From a virus (Duplodnaviria; Caudoviricetes), in IMG/VR virus record IMGVR_UViG_3300033067_002132, positions 64,001 through 128,000 of that record: a stretch of 64,000 nt of DNA; one strand, given 5' to 3'. The notes beneath the pieces were generated by a model, which made no database searches, was not told the DNA's origin, and saw only the letters and a list, made by a program, of their open reading frames with translations. The position numbers were made by a program, and so were the translations under genes. Below are positions 1 to 9,598 of this stretch, one piece after another; position 1 is the stretch's first letter; each line of letters starts with the position of its first letter.

Positions 1-1
1 T

Positions 2-460
2 GAAGATTTTTTTAATACAGCTCTTTTAGTAATTTATAATAATATTGATAAATTTGATCAAACTAAAACTAAAGGAACATTAGAAGGCTTTTTATCTACA
101 AAAATTCGGCAAAAGATTATTGATATTATTAGAACGGAAACTCATACTAGTTCAAAAAAGAAGGAAAAAGAAGTTCATATTTCATTTAGTACGCCCGAAT
201 TAGAAGTTGTAAGTAAAAATTTAAAAGAAGAAGATAGATTAAAAGAAATCGACGACAAAGAAATTATATCTATCGCTTTAAATGAATTAGATGAAAGAGA
301 AAAAGATGTAATTACTAATTTATTTTATAACGATACATTAAGCGTAGAATTAGCTAATAAATATAAAATCTCAGGCTCAATGGTTAGTCTTATTAAAAAT
401 TCTGCGATGAAGAAAATGCGTGATAAATTAGAATATATGAATATTAAATCGGTTGTTTGA
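2..460 (+). CDS. Sigma70-family sigma factor, 5'-truncated (regions 2 and 4)
   Basis: Manual translation of frame 2 (not in ORF track): ...IDKFDQTK...FLSTKIRQKIIDIIR...ALNELDEREKDVITNLFYNDTLSVELANKYKISGSMVSLIKNSAMKKMR. This matches region 2 plus the region 4 HTH pattern. Confidence 0.85.
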   Translation, partial: EDFFNTALLVIYNNIDKFDQTKTKGTLEGFLSTKIRQKIIDIIRTETHTSSKKKEKEVHISFSTPELEVVSKNLKEEDRLKEIDDKEIISIALNELDEREKDVITNLFYNDTLSVELANKYKISGSMVSLIKNSAMKKMRDKLEYMNIKSVV

Positions 461-485
461 CGAAAGGGAAAAGAGATGGCATGAT
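457..485 (+). promoter_or_regulatory. sigma70-type promoter upstream of the ncRNA cluster
   Basis: TTGACG 457-462, 17-bp spacer, CATGAT 480-485. A second promoter, TTGACA 866-871 / TAAGAT 888-893, lies inside the cluster. Confidence 0.6.
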
Positions 486-491
486 TAGAAC

Positions 492-1726
492 GTTGACCGG
501 GAGTAAGACATTAGACGCTAATAACGGCTAATCTCGAAAATGAAACCGGGATTTGACATATTAAGAGTAAATGATGGCGCTATTAAGTCGTCTCTATAGA
601 AAATTTTAGCCAAATCTAGGGGAATTGGATACCTTGTATCCGACCCGCTTTTGAAATACTAGACTTAGACGAAATTGAAAAGCTAAAGACTTTGGGGGTT
701 GGGAGGAACTTAAAACCCCCTGCAATTTTTAAGAGAAAAACATCGGCCGATGGGAGAGTTTAAAAAACCATAACTATCCACGCGAGATAGGGATTAAATA
801 AAAATATTCTAGCCCTGGTCGGGCTTTGATGCGTATTCTCTCCTCTCTTATTACTAAATGCGGATTTGACAAAAGAGAAAAAGGCGGTAAGATGATTTCA
901 TGTTAGTGAGGCATAGCTGACATTCACTTTCAGATTTAATAGATTTCCTAAGTTACCGTAAAAGGAACTAAAAATCTTTTAGGGTTTAGGCTAGAATACC
1001 TAAAATAGCACGTTCTCAATTGCTAATCTGACGAACGACAAATTAAATGATTAGCTAAAGGGCTCTGTATTAAAAATCTAGAAGTGGTGAAAGAGCATTA
1101 AACTTCTATATAATTTGGCCGTGATGATCGTACCAAATTTGATTGTTTTATTAATCATCTTAAAAGAAACCGGAATAGCCATACTAGTTAGGTATTGTTC
1201 CTAACGGATTAGTAGAAATATTAATCAGATTGTTCAAGTCGGTCATATGGGCTAACCCCATAAAATGGAGTTCCCCTTGCGAGGATAGAACTATAGGTTT
1301 CTTTTTATAAATTTTCGGTTATACCATACGAAACTAAGCTGAGTAAACGGTTAAAGATTTGAGGTTTAGCACTGTACAGGATCTCAAAATTCACTGTTGA
1401 AAGTCGAATATAAAACAGATATTCCTTAGCGGGAAAAAGGGTTTTATTGTTTGTTCTATAAATGGGCAGGCTAATATATAGTAACTTAGCCTTAAAATTT
1501 TAGGTAATAAATGTTGCAACGTTTATTTCCTAGTTTGGTGAAAACCAAGCTTACTAAGTAAATATACGTAATAAGGTGGAATAACCATTAATTACTATTT
1601 TCAATTGTGTGTATGCGAGCAAGGTCGCATATTTTACTTAATAATTTGCACTGTGCTAAAGCCTCCCGTCTAATTAACGGTCCTATCAGCCGAGGCAATC
1701 CCGTATGATAGTAGTCGGGCCAAATT
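492..1726 (+). ncRNA. ORF-free cluster of structured non-coding RNA elements
   Basis: 1.2 kb saturated with hairpins. Closing stems at 730/850, 930/1031, 1162/1305, 1555/1640 and 1643/1726; H-type pseudoknot at 1062-1108. Confidence 0.7.
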
Positions 1727-1744
1727 TAACAAAAGAATAATTAT

Positions 1745-1888
1745 ATGAGCGCAAAAGGTGTCCATGATCGTTGTTCAGAATTAAAAGATAATAAAGAAAC
1801 TCGCAATCTTAAAAACACTAAACGATGGCTTAAAAGAATAAAGCATCGAAAAGATCGGCGTGAGAATAAAGTAACAGAAATGGAATAA
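1745..1888 (+). CDS. Small basic hypothetical protein (47 aa)
   Basis: Manual ORF MSAKGVHDRC...KRWLKRIKHRKDRRENKVTEME, abutting the 1893 ORF. Confidence 0.6.
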   Translation: MSAKGVHDRCSELKDNKETRNLKNTKRWLKRIKHRKDRRENKVTEME

Positions 1889-1892
1889 TTAT

Positions 1893-2102
1893 ATGAATGG
1901 CAAACATCTTGGAGAATTATATTTAAAGTTTCATAAAGGTGATAGTCTTACAGACGCCGAATTGAAAGAATATAATAAATTTTGCGACGAAATGGCGAAT
2001 TTTTGTGGTGTTACAGGAAATTCAATGGTTCTGCCTCGATTTGCAATAGATTGGCAGACTACTGAAAACCAAATGTTTCATCGGAAAATTGATAAAGAAT
2101 AA
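1893..2102 (+). CDS. Hypothetical protein
   Basis: ORF track, AT-rich leader. Confidence 0.7.
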   Translation: MNGKHLGELYLKFHKGDSLTDAELKEYNKFCDEMANFCGVTGNSMVLPRFAIDWQTTENQMFHRKIDKE

Positions 2103-2108
2103 TTTTTT

Positions 2109-2242
2109 AAATTGTAGTCAGAGAAATCTGATGGGATAATGCGGAAAAAGATATACTAGTGAGATGTGTATCCTGTTGCCGCTGACCTAATGGGGAAGAA
2201 CCAGGCATCCCGGGAAATTGCTCACCAACAGCCTTACAATTT
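2109..2242 (+). ncRNA. Structured RNA element (multibranch)
   Basis: Closing stem AAATTGTA/TACAATTT; TCAGA-gaaa-TCTGA; GGGAT/ATCCC; GCGG/CCGC; GATATAC/GTGTATC. Confidence 0.6.
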
Positions 2243-2283
2243 ATTATTTGACAACACAGAAAAGAAAGTATATAGTCTTAACC

Positions 2284-2523
2284 ATGACACCAAACGATAT
2301 TCAAGTAGGTAAAATTTACGTTAACTCTATTAAAAACCAAAAATATTTGGGTATTGGTTTACGAAAAATGTGGGAAGGAACCTTTGGTAATAAAGATTCA
2401 AATTTTGAAGAAAAAAGGCTTGTAATTATAGAAGGAAATCCTGAGTATATTGGATTAATTGTTCAATCTCCCGAAAATTGTTCAGAAGAATATTGGGATG
2501 ATTTCCGACTAGATAATAGTTAA
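2284..2523 (+). CDS. Hypothetical protein (leaderless; start corrected from 2218)
   Basis: TTGACA 2248 / TATAGT 2271, ATG 7 nt after the -10 box. Confidence 0.7.
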   Translation: MTPNDIQVGKIYVNSIKNQKYLGIGLRKMWEGTFGNKDSNFEEKRLVIIEGNPEYIGLIVQSPENCSEEYWDDFRLDNS

Positions 2524-2527
2524 TTTT

Positions 2528-2598
2528 AATAGTATATGCGGACAGGCAAATGTGGGATAATTCGCCTAGGCCAATGCGACCGCCCCCACTATACTATT
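2528..2598 (+). ncRNA. Pseudoknotted RNA element
   Basis: AATAGTATA/TATACTATT outer stem, GCGG/CCGC, AGGC/GCCT; loop GTGGG pairs with CCCAC. Confidence 0.55.
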
Positions 2599-2770
2599 TT
2601 ATATAATTGTAAAAGATTTGAGAGTTAGAACGGTCAAAACATGCAAAGAAATCTACATTTCATTTGCAAACAATACCGGCATAGTGTAGAATATGTCTCT
2701 CAGATGGAATAATAGATACGACAGTTATAGTTGAAACATTTTTCTAAATAATTGCCGTTGACTGATTTTC

Positions 2771-2907
2771 GGCTGTATAGTTTAATTAGAGATCTGAATG
2801 GGTAGAAACAACTAAAAAGTACAATTAGGATGACTATCGGTAGGATTTCATAGTAAAACCTTGGAGTAATCCATTACATGCTTGGTCAATACAGGCTACA
2901 GCCACCA
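2771..2907 (+). ncRNA. Enlarged tRNA-like RNA (137 nt) with encoded CCA
   Basis: Acceptor stem GGCTGTA/TACAGCC + A-CCA; T-arm GCTTG-GTCAATA-CAGGC; TAGTTTAA start of D-arm; expanded D-loop and variable region. Confidence 0.7.
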
Positions 2908-2908
2908 A

Positions 2909-3050
2909 TTTCATTCGGGTAAAAGATAGATGCTTCCAATAGAGCAAACCAAAAAATTTGTAGCTATTAGCGTATATGAAGCGAATAAGTAAACCAAAAG
3001 TTGAAATGCGAGTAATTATCGCGTGAAATCCTTAATTTACCCGGATGAAA
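2909..3050 (+). ncRNA. Structured RNA element
   Basis: 15-bp closing stem TTTCATTCGGGTAAA/TTTACCCGGATGAAA with internal hairpins. Confidence 0.6.
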
Positions 3051-3055
3051 ATTTT

Positions 3056-3241
3056 ATGAAAACATTTCTTTTAACTTATACAGAAGACGTTACTCATATC
3101 GGGGATGATAGCGAAAGAACAGAAATCAATACGGATTTCTTGCATACCACAAAAGAGCGGGCTATTATTCTAAGAGACGAAAAACTCGCCAAACCGAATA
3201 TTTATTCTAACGTTAAACTTTACGAACTGACCGAATTATGA
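3056..3241 (+). CDS. Hypothetical protein (start corrected from GTG 3023, which lies inside the RNA element)
   Basis: ORF track, in-frame ATG at 3056. Confidence 0.65.
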   Translation: MKTFLLTYTEDVTHIGDDSERTEINTDFLHTTKERAIILRDEKLAKPNIYSNVKLYELTEL

Positions 3242-3585
3242 AAATTACTGTATCTTACGAAGAAGCGGTGAGGTTAATTTGCGAAAAGATTCCCGGCGCA
3301 ACGGAAGTTGTTATTTCGAGAAAAAAGAAGATTCCTGTATCAGATCTTCCTGTACAATGTAAACAAGCATTAAATGCGATTGCGCAGCATTTTACCGAAG
3401 AACAAGCGACAAGTGGAAAAATTCCTTTTATTAAAAGTATTCGTGAAATTTTTGCTCACCTTGGATTGGCGGATGCTAAATATTTAACTGAAAGGGGCCG
3501 ATCTCTTTTAATTAGAGAATTTTCTAAAGGAAAAATTCCCGTTTTTACTTTTGATCATATTCTTAGTTGGCAAGTTCCACATTGA
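3238..3585 (+). CDS. Ribosomal protein L7/L12 C-terminal-like domain protein
   Basis: GKIPFIKSIREIFAHLGLADAKYLTE resembles the bL12 CTD motif KIxVIKxVRxITGLGLKEAKxLVE. Confidence 0.65.
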   Translation: MKITVSYEEAVRLICEKIPGATEVVISRKKKIPVSDLPVQCKQALNAIAQHFTEEQATSGKIPFIKSIREIFAHLGLADAKYLTERGRSLLIREFSKGKIPVFTFDHILSWQVPH

Positions 3586-3612
3586 CTAATTGGAAATTCA
3601 TTTAAGTAATTT

Positions 3613-4464
3613 ATGAAATTTCAAATAATTAAGCCAGTCGCCCGAGACAGTCAAATTTATAATGCGGCCGATAAGCCTGGAATGGGACGAGGAAAAAAGA
3701 TAATTCCTGGCGGCAGAGTGGTTGTTGACAAAAATATTTGTTTAATCTATAGTGTCATTGGATACGAAGAAAACAATGCTATTTGTCAAAGTTGGGACGC
3801 TTTTGGTACTGTTTATGAAGAAAGAATTCCAAAGGAAAATCTAATTTCTTATTCAAAAAATAAACTATCGCAAAAATCAGAAGAAGAAATGGAAAGAGAT
3901 TTAGAAGAACAACTTCTTTCTGAAACAGGGTGTACGTATTGGTCTAATTAAAAAAAATATGAAAGTTACATTAAATACCCCACCGGCACAAAAAATTGTT
4001 TGTTTAAATGATTTTAAAGATGGAGAAATTGGCGTTATTGATAAATGGATACATCCTCAGTATGAAGGACTTGTCGTTCAACGTTATGATACGGGTTTAG
4101 TTATATTTGGAAAAGAAACTCGCTCATGTTTTCCTTTCATTTATCAAGATAAGAATTTTCACCTTTTAAATGATATTAATAAAGCTGCAATTCGTTTGCT
4201 TAATTCTGGCGAATCGATTACTATTACTCCCGATTAATGATTAAATATCTTTTAATTTTAACTGATGTTGAAGTTAATCAGTATTATTATTCATTTTCTT
4301 CTGATAAGAATAAAGAAGAATTGAATGAAGAACTTATTAATGTATTAAAAAAATCTACACTTATTTATCCGGGAGTTTTTTATAATCATTCTGTACGTCC
4401 AAATTATGGTGAAAAATACGTAATTTTAACATTGGATGAATTCTGGGAAAAACATTTAAATTAA
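3613..4464 (+). other. Three small hypothetical CDSs (3613-3951, 3959-4237, 4237-4464)
   Basis: ORF track, tightly packed on the same strand. Confidence 0.7.
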
Positions 4465-4646
4465 ATATATGTCACTACCATTATGGACACTTCCCAAAGA
4501 AATTCGTAATTCTAAAGAAAAACATCAGCTTGTAATTCGGCTAAAAGATCATGAAGAATCTTTACAACGAGCAAAAAACATTGTAAAGTATCATGAGAAA
4601 AGAATTATTGAATTAAATGCGGAAATTAAAAAATTAGATCTATAAT

Positions 4647-4913
4647 ATGACAAAAGTCAATGTTATTTTATGTAATAAATGCGGCGATAAGATTTATAGT
4701 CGGGCGCGGCATGATTTTCGTTGGTGCTCTTGTAAATCTGTTGCGGTAGATGGGGGATTTGATTATCTTAAAATTTGTGGCGATTTAGAGAATGTTACTA
4801 AACTTACTGTAGAGATTCCCCAAACGAAAAAAGAATTATTTAACGATTGGAATTATAGATTTGATAAATACGGAGTAATTAAAGATATTGACGAAAAAGA
4901 AAATCTGGCGTAG
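4647..4913 (+). CDS. Conserved phage Zn-binding protein
   Basis: CxxCGD-I-S-x3-HDF-x2-CxC-x4-VDGG motif. Confidence 0.7.
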   Translation: MTKVNVILCNKCGDKIYSRARHDFRWCSCKSVAVDGGFDYLKICGDLENVTKLTVEIPQTKKELFNDWNYRFDKYGVIKDIDEKENLA

Positions 4914-4922
4914 GGTAATTTT

Positions 4923-5001
4923 ATTGGAGCCCGCATACGTGGCCCCCGGCGAACATGGGATACCGGGAATTAAAATGCGAAAGTTGTTCGTTGGCTCCAA
5001 T
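4923..5001 (+). ncRNA. Pseudoknotted RNA directly 5' of tRNA-Ile2
   Basis: ATTGGAGCC/GGCTCCAAT, CGCAT/ATGCG, CCCGG/CCGGG; loop CGAACA pairs with TGTTCG. Promoter TTGACG 4888 / TAGGGT 4911 puts +1 near 4923. Confidence 0.7.
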
Positions 5002-5004
5002 TTC

Positions 5005-5081
5005 GGACCTTTAGCTCAATTGGTTAGAGCGAAGCACTCATAATGCTTGGGTTATAGGTTCAAGTCCTATAAGGTCCACCA
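5005..5081 (+). tRNA. trnI: tRNA with CAT anticodon, most likely Ile2 (lysidine type)
   Basis: Perfect cloverleaf, GGACCTT/AAGGTCC acceptor typical of bacterial Ile2, loop CT-CAT-AA, ACCA end. Confidence 0.9.
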
Positions 5082-5100
5082 ATTTCAAAAAAAAATATTT

Positions 5101-6026
5101 ATGACTAATTTAGATATCATTCAAGCTTTTTCGGCGGCGGATATTCTTTGTGCAAACGATGATATGGCGGCACAAATTAATAATCTTTCTATTCAAGAAT
5201 TAAAAGATTTAATTTTGATTTGGAAGGGTAAAAGAGATGATCCTTCTGTTAAATCGATGGTAGAATTATGTCTTGAAGATTATCTTCACGAAAAAGAAAA
5301 GATTTTTCTCGTAGCAAAATTTAAACCTTTTATTTCACAATTTACAAAAGAAGAAAAAGAATTAGTTAAAAAACATATTAGTGGATGGGCTTTTGGTTTC
5401 TTCGGAAAACTACTATAATAAAAAAATATGAAAATGATTATCTCTAAAACCGTGGTCGATGAAATTTGTGCAAGGAAAATGTCAAAACTCGCCGAAGTAA
5501 TGAAAGATGAACTTGAACGAGATATTATTGTAAAATATGAATTTACTTTAGAGGAACAAATTTCGTGTCTTCGGAATTATTTGATGGGATTACTTGGCAG
5601 TATTGTAGATGTTAATAAAGTCGAGTTTATTATTGAAGAAGAAAAAGAACAAACAACGGGACAATATACGGTTATTTATTCTCATGGGGGACTCGTTCTT
5701 AAAAAATATGTTACTTTAGATCCTACAAAAGATCCATTTCCACAAATTTTAAATAATTATCAAATTCATCCTGGAAATATCTGGTTTCTTTTTGAAGGGT
5801 GGGCTAAAGAGGTATAAAAATGAACATTTCATCTAATCTTTTAAGTAATCAAAATTTACATAAGAAAAAACAAGTTGCTATCTATATTTCTGTAGATGAA
5901 GAAGAAGAAGAAGATATTCTTCCGCTTTTAGAAACAATTTGTATAAATACTAAAGTCTTTCATCATCCGATTCAAGGTATTACAATAGCTTCTAAAGGAA
6001 TTGTAGAAATTAAACGAAATTATTAA
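5101..6026 (+). other. Three hypothetical CDSs (5101-5418 with start corrected out of the tRNA, 5428-5817, 5820-6026)
   Basis: ORF track. Confidence 0.7.
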
Positions 6027-6030
6027 GAAA

Positions 6031-6303
6031 ATGAAAATCATCGGTGTCGTTATTAAAGATACTTGGGGAAAGACTTGGAAGCTACCCGCACCAAATCGTC
6101 ATGCCGATTTAATTCAATTAATGGTGAAAACTTATATTTCTACTACAGGCAAAGACGAAACGCCCAAAATACTGTTCCAAGGATTCTATACCGACACCGA
6201 TGAAATTCTTTCGAGAACTGATGCTTATCAATTAGTTAATACAACTGGACAAAAAATTATTAATCGCCCGAGTCAGCAATTATATAGCGAAGATTTGTGG
6301 TAA
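6031..6303 (+). CDS. Conserved phage hypothetical protein
   Basis: RH...QGF...R.DA...LYSEDLW pattern recalled from phage proteins. Confidence 0.65.
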   Translation: MKIIGVVIKDTWGKTWKLPAPNRHADLIQLMVKTYISTTGKDETPKILFQGFYTDTDEILSRTDAYQLVNTTGQKIINRPSQQLYSEDLW

Positions 6304-6312
6304 GTTTTAATA

Positions 6313-6436
6313 GTTAATGTAGAAAATTGGCAAATCAGGGGGTTTGTACCGAAAACAGAAATCACAGGGAAGACCGCCGATTAATGATATAGCTGTTAGA
6401 CATTAATTTATGTAGGTTCGACTCCTACCATTAACT
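6313..6436 (+). ncRNA. Class II (Leu/Ser-like) tRNA scaffold with a 25-nt anticodon loop
   Basis: GTTAATG/CATTAAC acceptor, D-loop TTGGCAAA, long variable stem ATTAATG/CATTAAT, T-arm GTAGG-TTCGACT-CCTAC. Confidence 0.75.
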
Positions 6437-6478
6437 ATTTCTTGACTTATTTTTTTTCACTGTTAGGATTAATCCAAT

Positions 6479-6989
6479 ATGAATCCAACTAGACGAATTA
6501 CAAGACAAGAGGAACGGATAATCGATGGAAAAACCTTTATTTTAACTAAAAATGAGGAAATGAATTATAGTGGAGAATGGGAAGAAAGCGGATTCGATTT
6601 AATTATTGGAGGAAAAATTGTACAAACTTTTATTTGTTATCCATTCGACGAGTGGATTCTTGCCGAATTAAAAAGATATGTTAAGTGAAAAACAAGATTT
6701 TCTACTTTATTGGAAGCGTCGCCGTCGCGAACTATTAAACGCTCTTAATCATTATATTCAAGATAAAGGATTATCTTTTGGTATAATGGCAGGGACTTTA
6801 TTTAAAGACGATAAACATAAAATCGTCGATTTAATAGAAGATAAAACTATCGAATTGTATTTGACATTTCTAAAAAACATTGATAAACGTATTGGTGAAT
6901 TAGGACATCCAACATTAGAACAATCTGAATTTTTTAGAAACTTTAATATCAATTACTATAACTTTTTGAAAAATACTTTTGAATTTTAA
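6479..6989 (+). other. Two hypothetical CDSs (6479-6688, 6678-6989)
   Basis: ORF track; promoter TTGACT 6442 / TAGGAT 6464. Confidence 0.65.
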
Positions 6990-7158
6990 AATTTATGGTT
7001 AAATATTCAATTTACGAAGTCTTTTTTAAAAGAGAAAATTATCGAAATCGCCATTATGTATTAAATCATTTATTTACTAAGAGCGAAATCGAAAATGTAT
7101 TAAAAGAGATTGACAAAAAGGGAAAATTCGAAGATGATCGATATTCAATAACGATTGT

Positions 7159-7371
7159 ATGAGAAAACGAAGACGTAATACTCCAAAAGAAATTGAAAAT
7201 TTGAAGAGGGTTCAAGCTTCAAATCCTGATAAATTAATTTATACTTCTTGGTTGGATCAATCGTATAAAGAGAGATGGTGGGTCTCGCCAGCTAAACAAT
7301 TTGATTTTAGTAAATTCGATACTCTTTTTTACTCTTTAAAACATCCAAAAGCACCCGTAATTAAATTTTAA
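7159..7371 (+). CDS. RxNTxxE/NPNK/LK[RH]P family paralog 1
   Basis: RRNTPKE..NPDKLIY..YKERW..FYSLKHP. Confidence 0.85.
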   Translation: MRKRRRNTPKEIENLKRVQASNPDKLIYTSWLDQSYKERWWVSPAKQFDFSKFDTLFYSLKHPKAPVIKF

Positions 7372-7374
7372 TAT

Positions 7375-8766
7375 ATGAAGGAAAATAATATCTATTTGGT
7401 TTCAGGAAAACGCGCTGATCTAATTCAAGCTATTTCTTTTTGGTTAGGAACCGAAAATAAAACAATACATCCTAATTTAGATTATCTTATTCATGGTAGC
7501 GATTATAATGATCTATATACTCTCGCTATTCTTTATGTAGATGAAACAGGTAAAAAAGAGTCCTTTCTTTCTTTTAATACAGAAGAAGGTATTTATTCTT
7601 TTTTTAGTTCTCATTCGTTATACAACGAATATAAGAGAATTAAATTTGACGGATATATTAATTTTCGTAAGTTTCTCGAAAATAAAATGACACAAAAGTA
7701 TGAAATCGGCGATATATTTTCTTATGGAGAATCGCCCGATAAAAGATATTTTATGCTTTGTACCAATTACGCGGGTCAATTTTTCTTTATTAATTTAAAT
7801 ACTTATACTACTGTCACAGCTTTTGATAATATTGATGATGTTTTTAGAAATACTTTTTACGGTGATCTAGTCTATGTAGGTAAAATTGGTGACTTTTTAA
7901 AGACTTAAATCTAATAAACATATGCTAGCTTTTCCTGGTATGCTAATTCCCGCCGCCGAAAGGGCGAAAATGAAGTGTCCAAAAGACGCTGATAAATTTG
8001 ATAGAAATGAATTTCCTCATTTTTATGTTTTTTGTATGATGCAATTAGGGCGCTCATTAGTTAATAGTTCCTCTCACTGGTCTAACGCCGAAATCATTGC
8101 TAAAATTCCTGACGACAGCATTAAAACCGTTACGCCTGCCGAACTATGCGAAATGGGTTTCGTTTAATTTAAATTAATATATGAAAATTACCGTAAAAGA
8201 AAATAAAGAAGGAAAATCCTCAAAAGTTTTTCCTATTTTGATGGAAAGTACATCAACAAATAATATTTATTTATTCCTTAATCCAAGGGAAGCGATTCCT
8301 TTAGTAATAAAAAATGGTGGTTATGAAATAGGCGAACGTATTGAAGCAGATTTTTATAATGCTCTTAAATGGGTGCGATTTTGCGGCGCAATTACTTTAG
8401 AGAACGACTAATTTTATGAAAAAAGAAGTTATTTTAAATACGGCGCGAAATACAGTAAATATTAATGAAGTTAATACAGATAAATTGTATTTACTTACAG
8501 AACCAAGTGGAAAACCAATTGGTATTTTAACAAGTGCTTCATATGTTTGTGTTTCAGATAAGAAAGATTTAGGTAATTACTTTTTTATATCATTAGACGT
8601 GGGTTTTACGCGAAGAAATGGTTATTATACTCAAGAATATAATGATACTAAACAACTTTCTTTAAAAGAATATTTTACTAAGTTTAATAGTACAACGGGA
8701 AGAAAAATTTATCAATTTGATACGTTTAAGGAAATAGCGGAATATATTGTAAAATATGAAGAATAA
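7375..8766 (+). other. Four hypothetical CDSs (7375-7908, 7922-8167, 8181-8411, 8416-8766)
   Basis: ORF track, packed operon. Confidence 0.7.
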
Positions 8767-8919
8767 TATGAAAAAATTTATATATTGTTATCGCAAAATC
8801 TATGCTCTAGATTATATACAAAAAGAATTAAATACAATGGGTGATGAAGGATGGGAATTAGTAAATGTTATTTATCAAGATTGTTTTTATATTGCCTTTT
8901 TTAAGAAAGAGATTTAATA

Positions 8920-9129
8920 ATGAAACGTCGATTTAATACAAAAGCGGAAATCGCCGCGCTGAAAAGAATTCAGAAATCTAACCCGAATAAAAGAGTTTAT
9001 ATTTCTGCTGTTGCAAATCCATATAAACTTCCTTGGGTTCCTTGGTTTATTAAAGATCTTCAATTAGATAGTTTTAGTGGTTGTTTTTATTCATTAAAAC
9101 GTCCAAAAGCACCTGTCTTGAAATTTTAA
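8920..9129 (+). CDS. Family paralog 2
   Basis: RFNTKAE..NPNKRVY..YKLPW..FYSLKRP. Confidence 0.85.
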   Translation: MKRRFNTKAEIAALKRIQKSNPNKRVYISAVANPYKLPWVPWFIKDLQLDSFSGCFYSLKRPKAPVLKF

Positions 9130-9145
9130 TAAAATTATTCAATTT

Positions 9146-9364
9146 ATGAGGCGAAAAAATACACAAACAGAATACGAAAATTTATTAAATGTTCGCGCCC
9201 GAAATCCTAATAAATTAATCTATTTTAATTGTCCTGATCATAAATATAAAGAAGGTTGGTGCTTTGCAAAAATAGGCGCATTAAGAGATTTTTATATTGA
9301 TATGTTATTTTATACTCTTAAGCGCCCCAATACTAAAATGAAAATGTCAGAATATAAATTATGA
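9146..9364 (+). CDS. Family paralog 3
   Basis: RKNTQTE..NPNKLIY..YKEGW..FYTLKRP. Confidence 0.85.
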   Translation: MRRKNTQTEYENLLNVRARNPNKLIYFNCPDHKYKEGWCFAKIGALRDFYIDMLFYTLKRPNTKMKMSEYKL

Positions 9365-9594
9365 GAAATAATACAATTAAAGAATTAAAAGAATTAGATA
9401 GGGCGCGGCGCGAAACGCCAAACAAACGTGTTTATTTCAATTTAAAATTAAATAGATATTCTGGCGGATGGTGTTCTGATATATTAAAAAATATAGAACT
9501 TCCAAGATTTCGTCTACATCCTGTGCAATTACATAATTTTTACACCTTGAAACGTCCACACGTTAGGGAAATTTCTAAATGCGATAATTGGTAA
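9361..9594 (+). CDS. Family paralog 4
   Basis: RNNTIKE..TPNKRVY..YSGGW..FYTLKRP. Confidence 0.85.
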   Translation: MRNNTIKELKELDRARRETPNKRVYFNLKLNRYSGGWCSDILKNIELPRFRLHPVQLHNFYTLKRPHVREISKCDNW

Positions 9595-9598
9595 TTTT

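Noticed and set aside
1660-1700. Twister ribozyme or 23S rRNA fragment (TAACGGTCCT)
   Set aside because: It lacks twister's UAA/AGGG arrangement and any flanking rRNA similarity.
2528-2598. ZTP riboswitch
   Set aside because: Some similar words are present (GTGGG, CGCCTAGGC), but their order and pairing do not match and no purine/folate gene follows.
2771-2907. tmRNA
   Set aside because: Too short, with no G3-U70 Ala identity pair and no tag reading frame.
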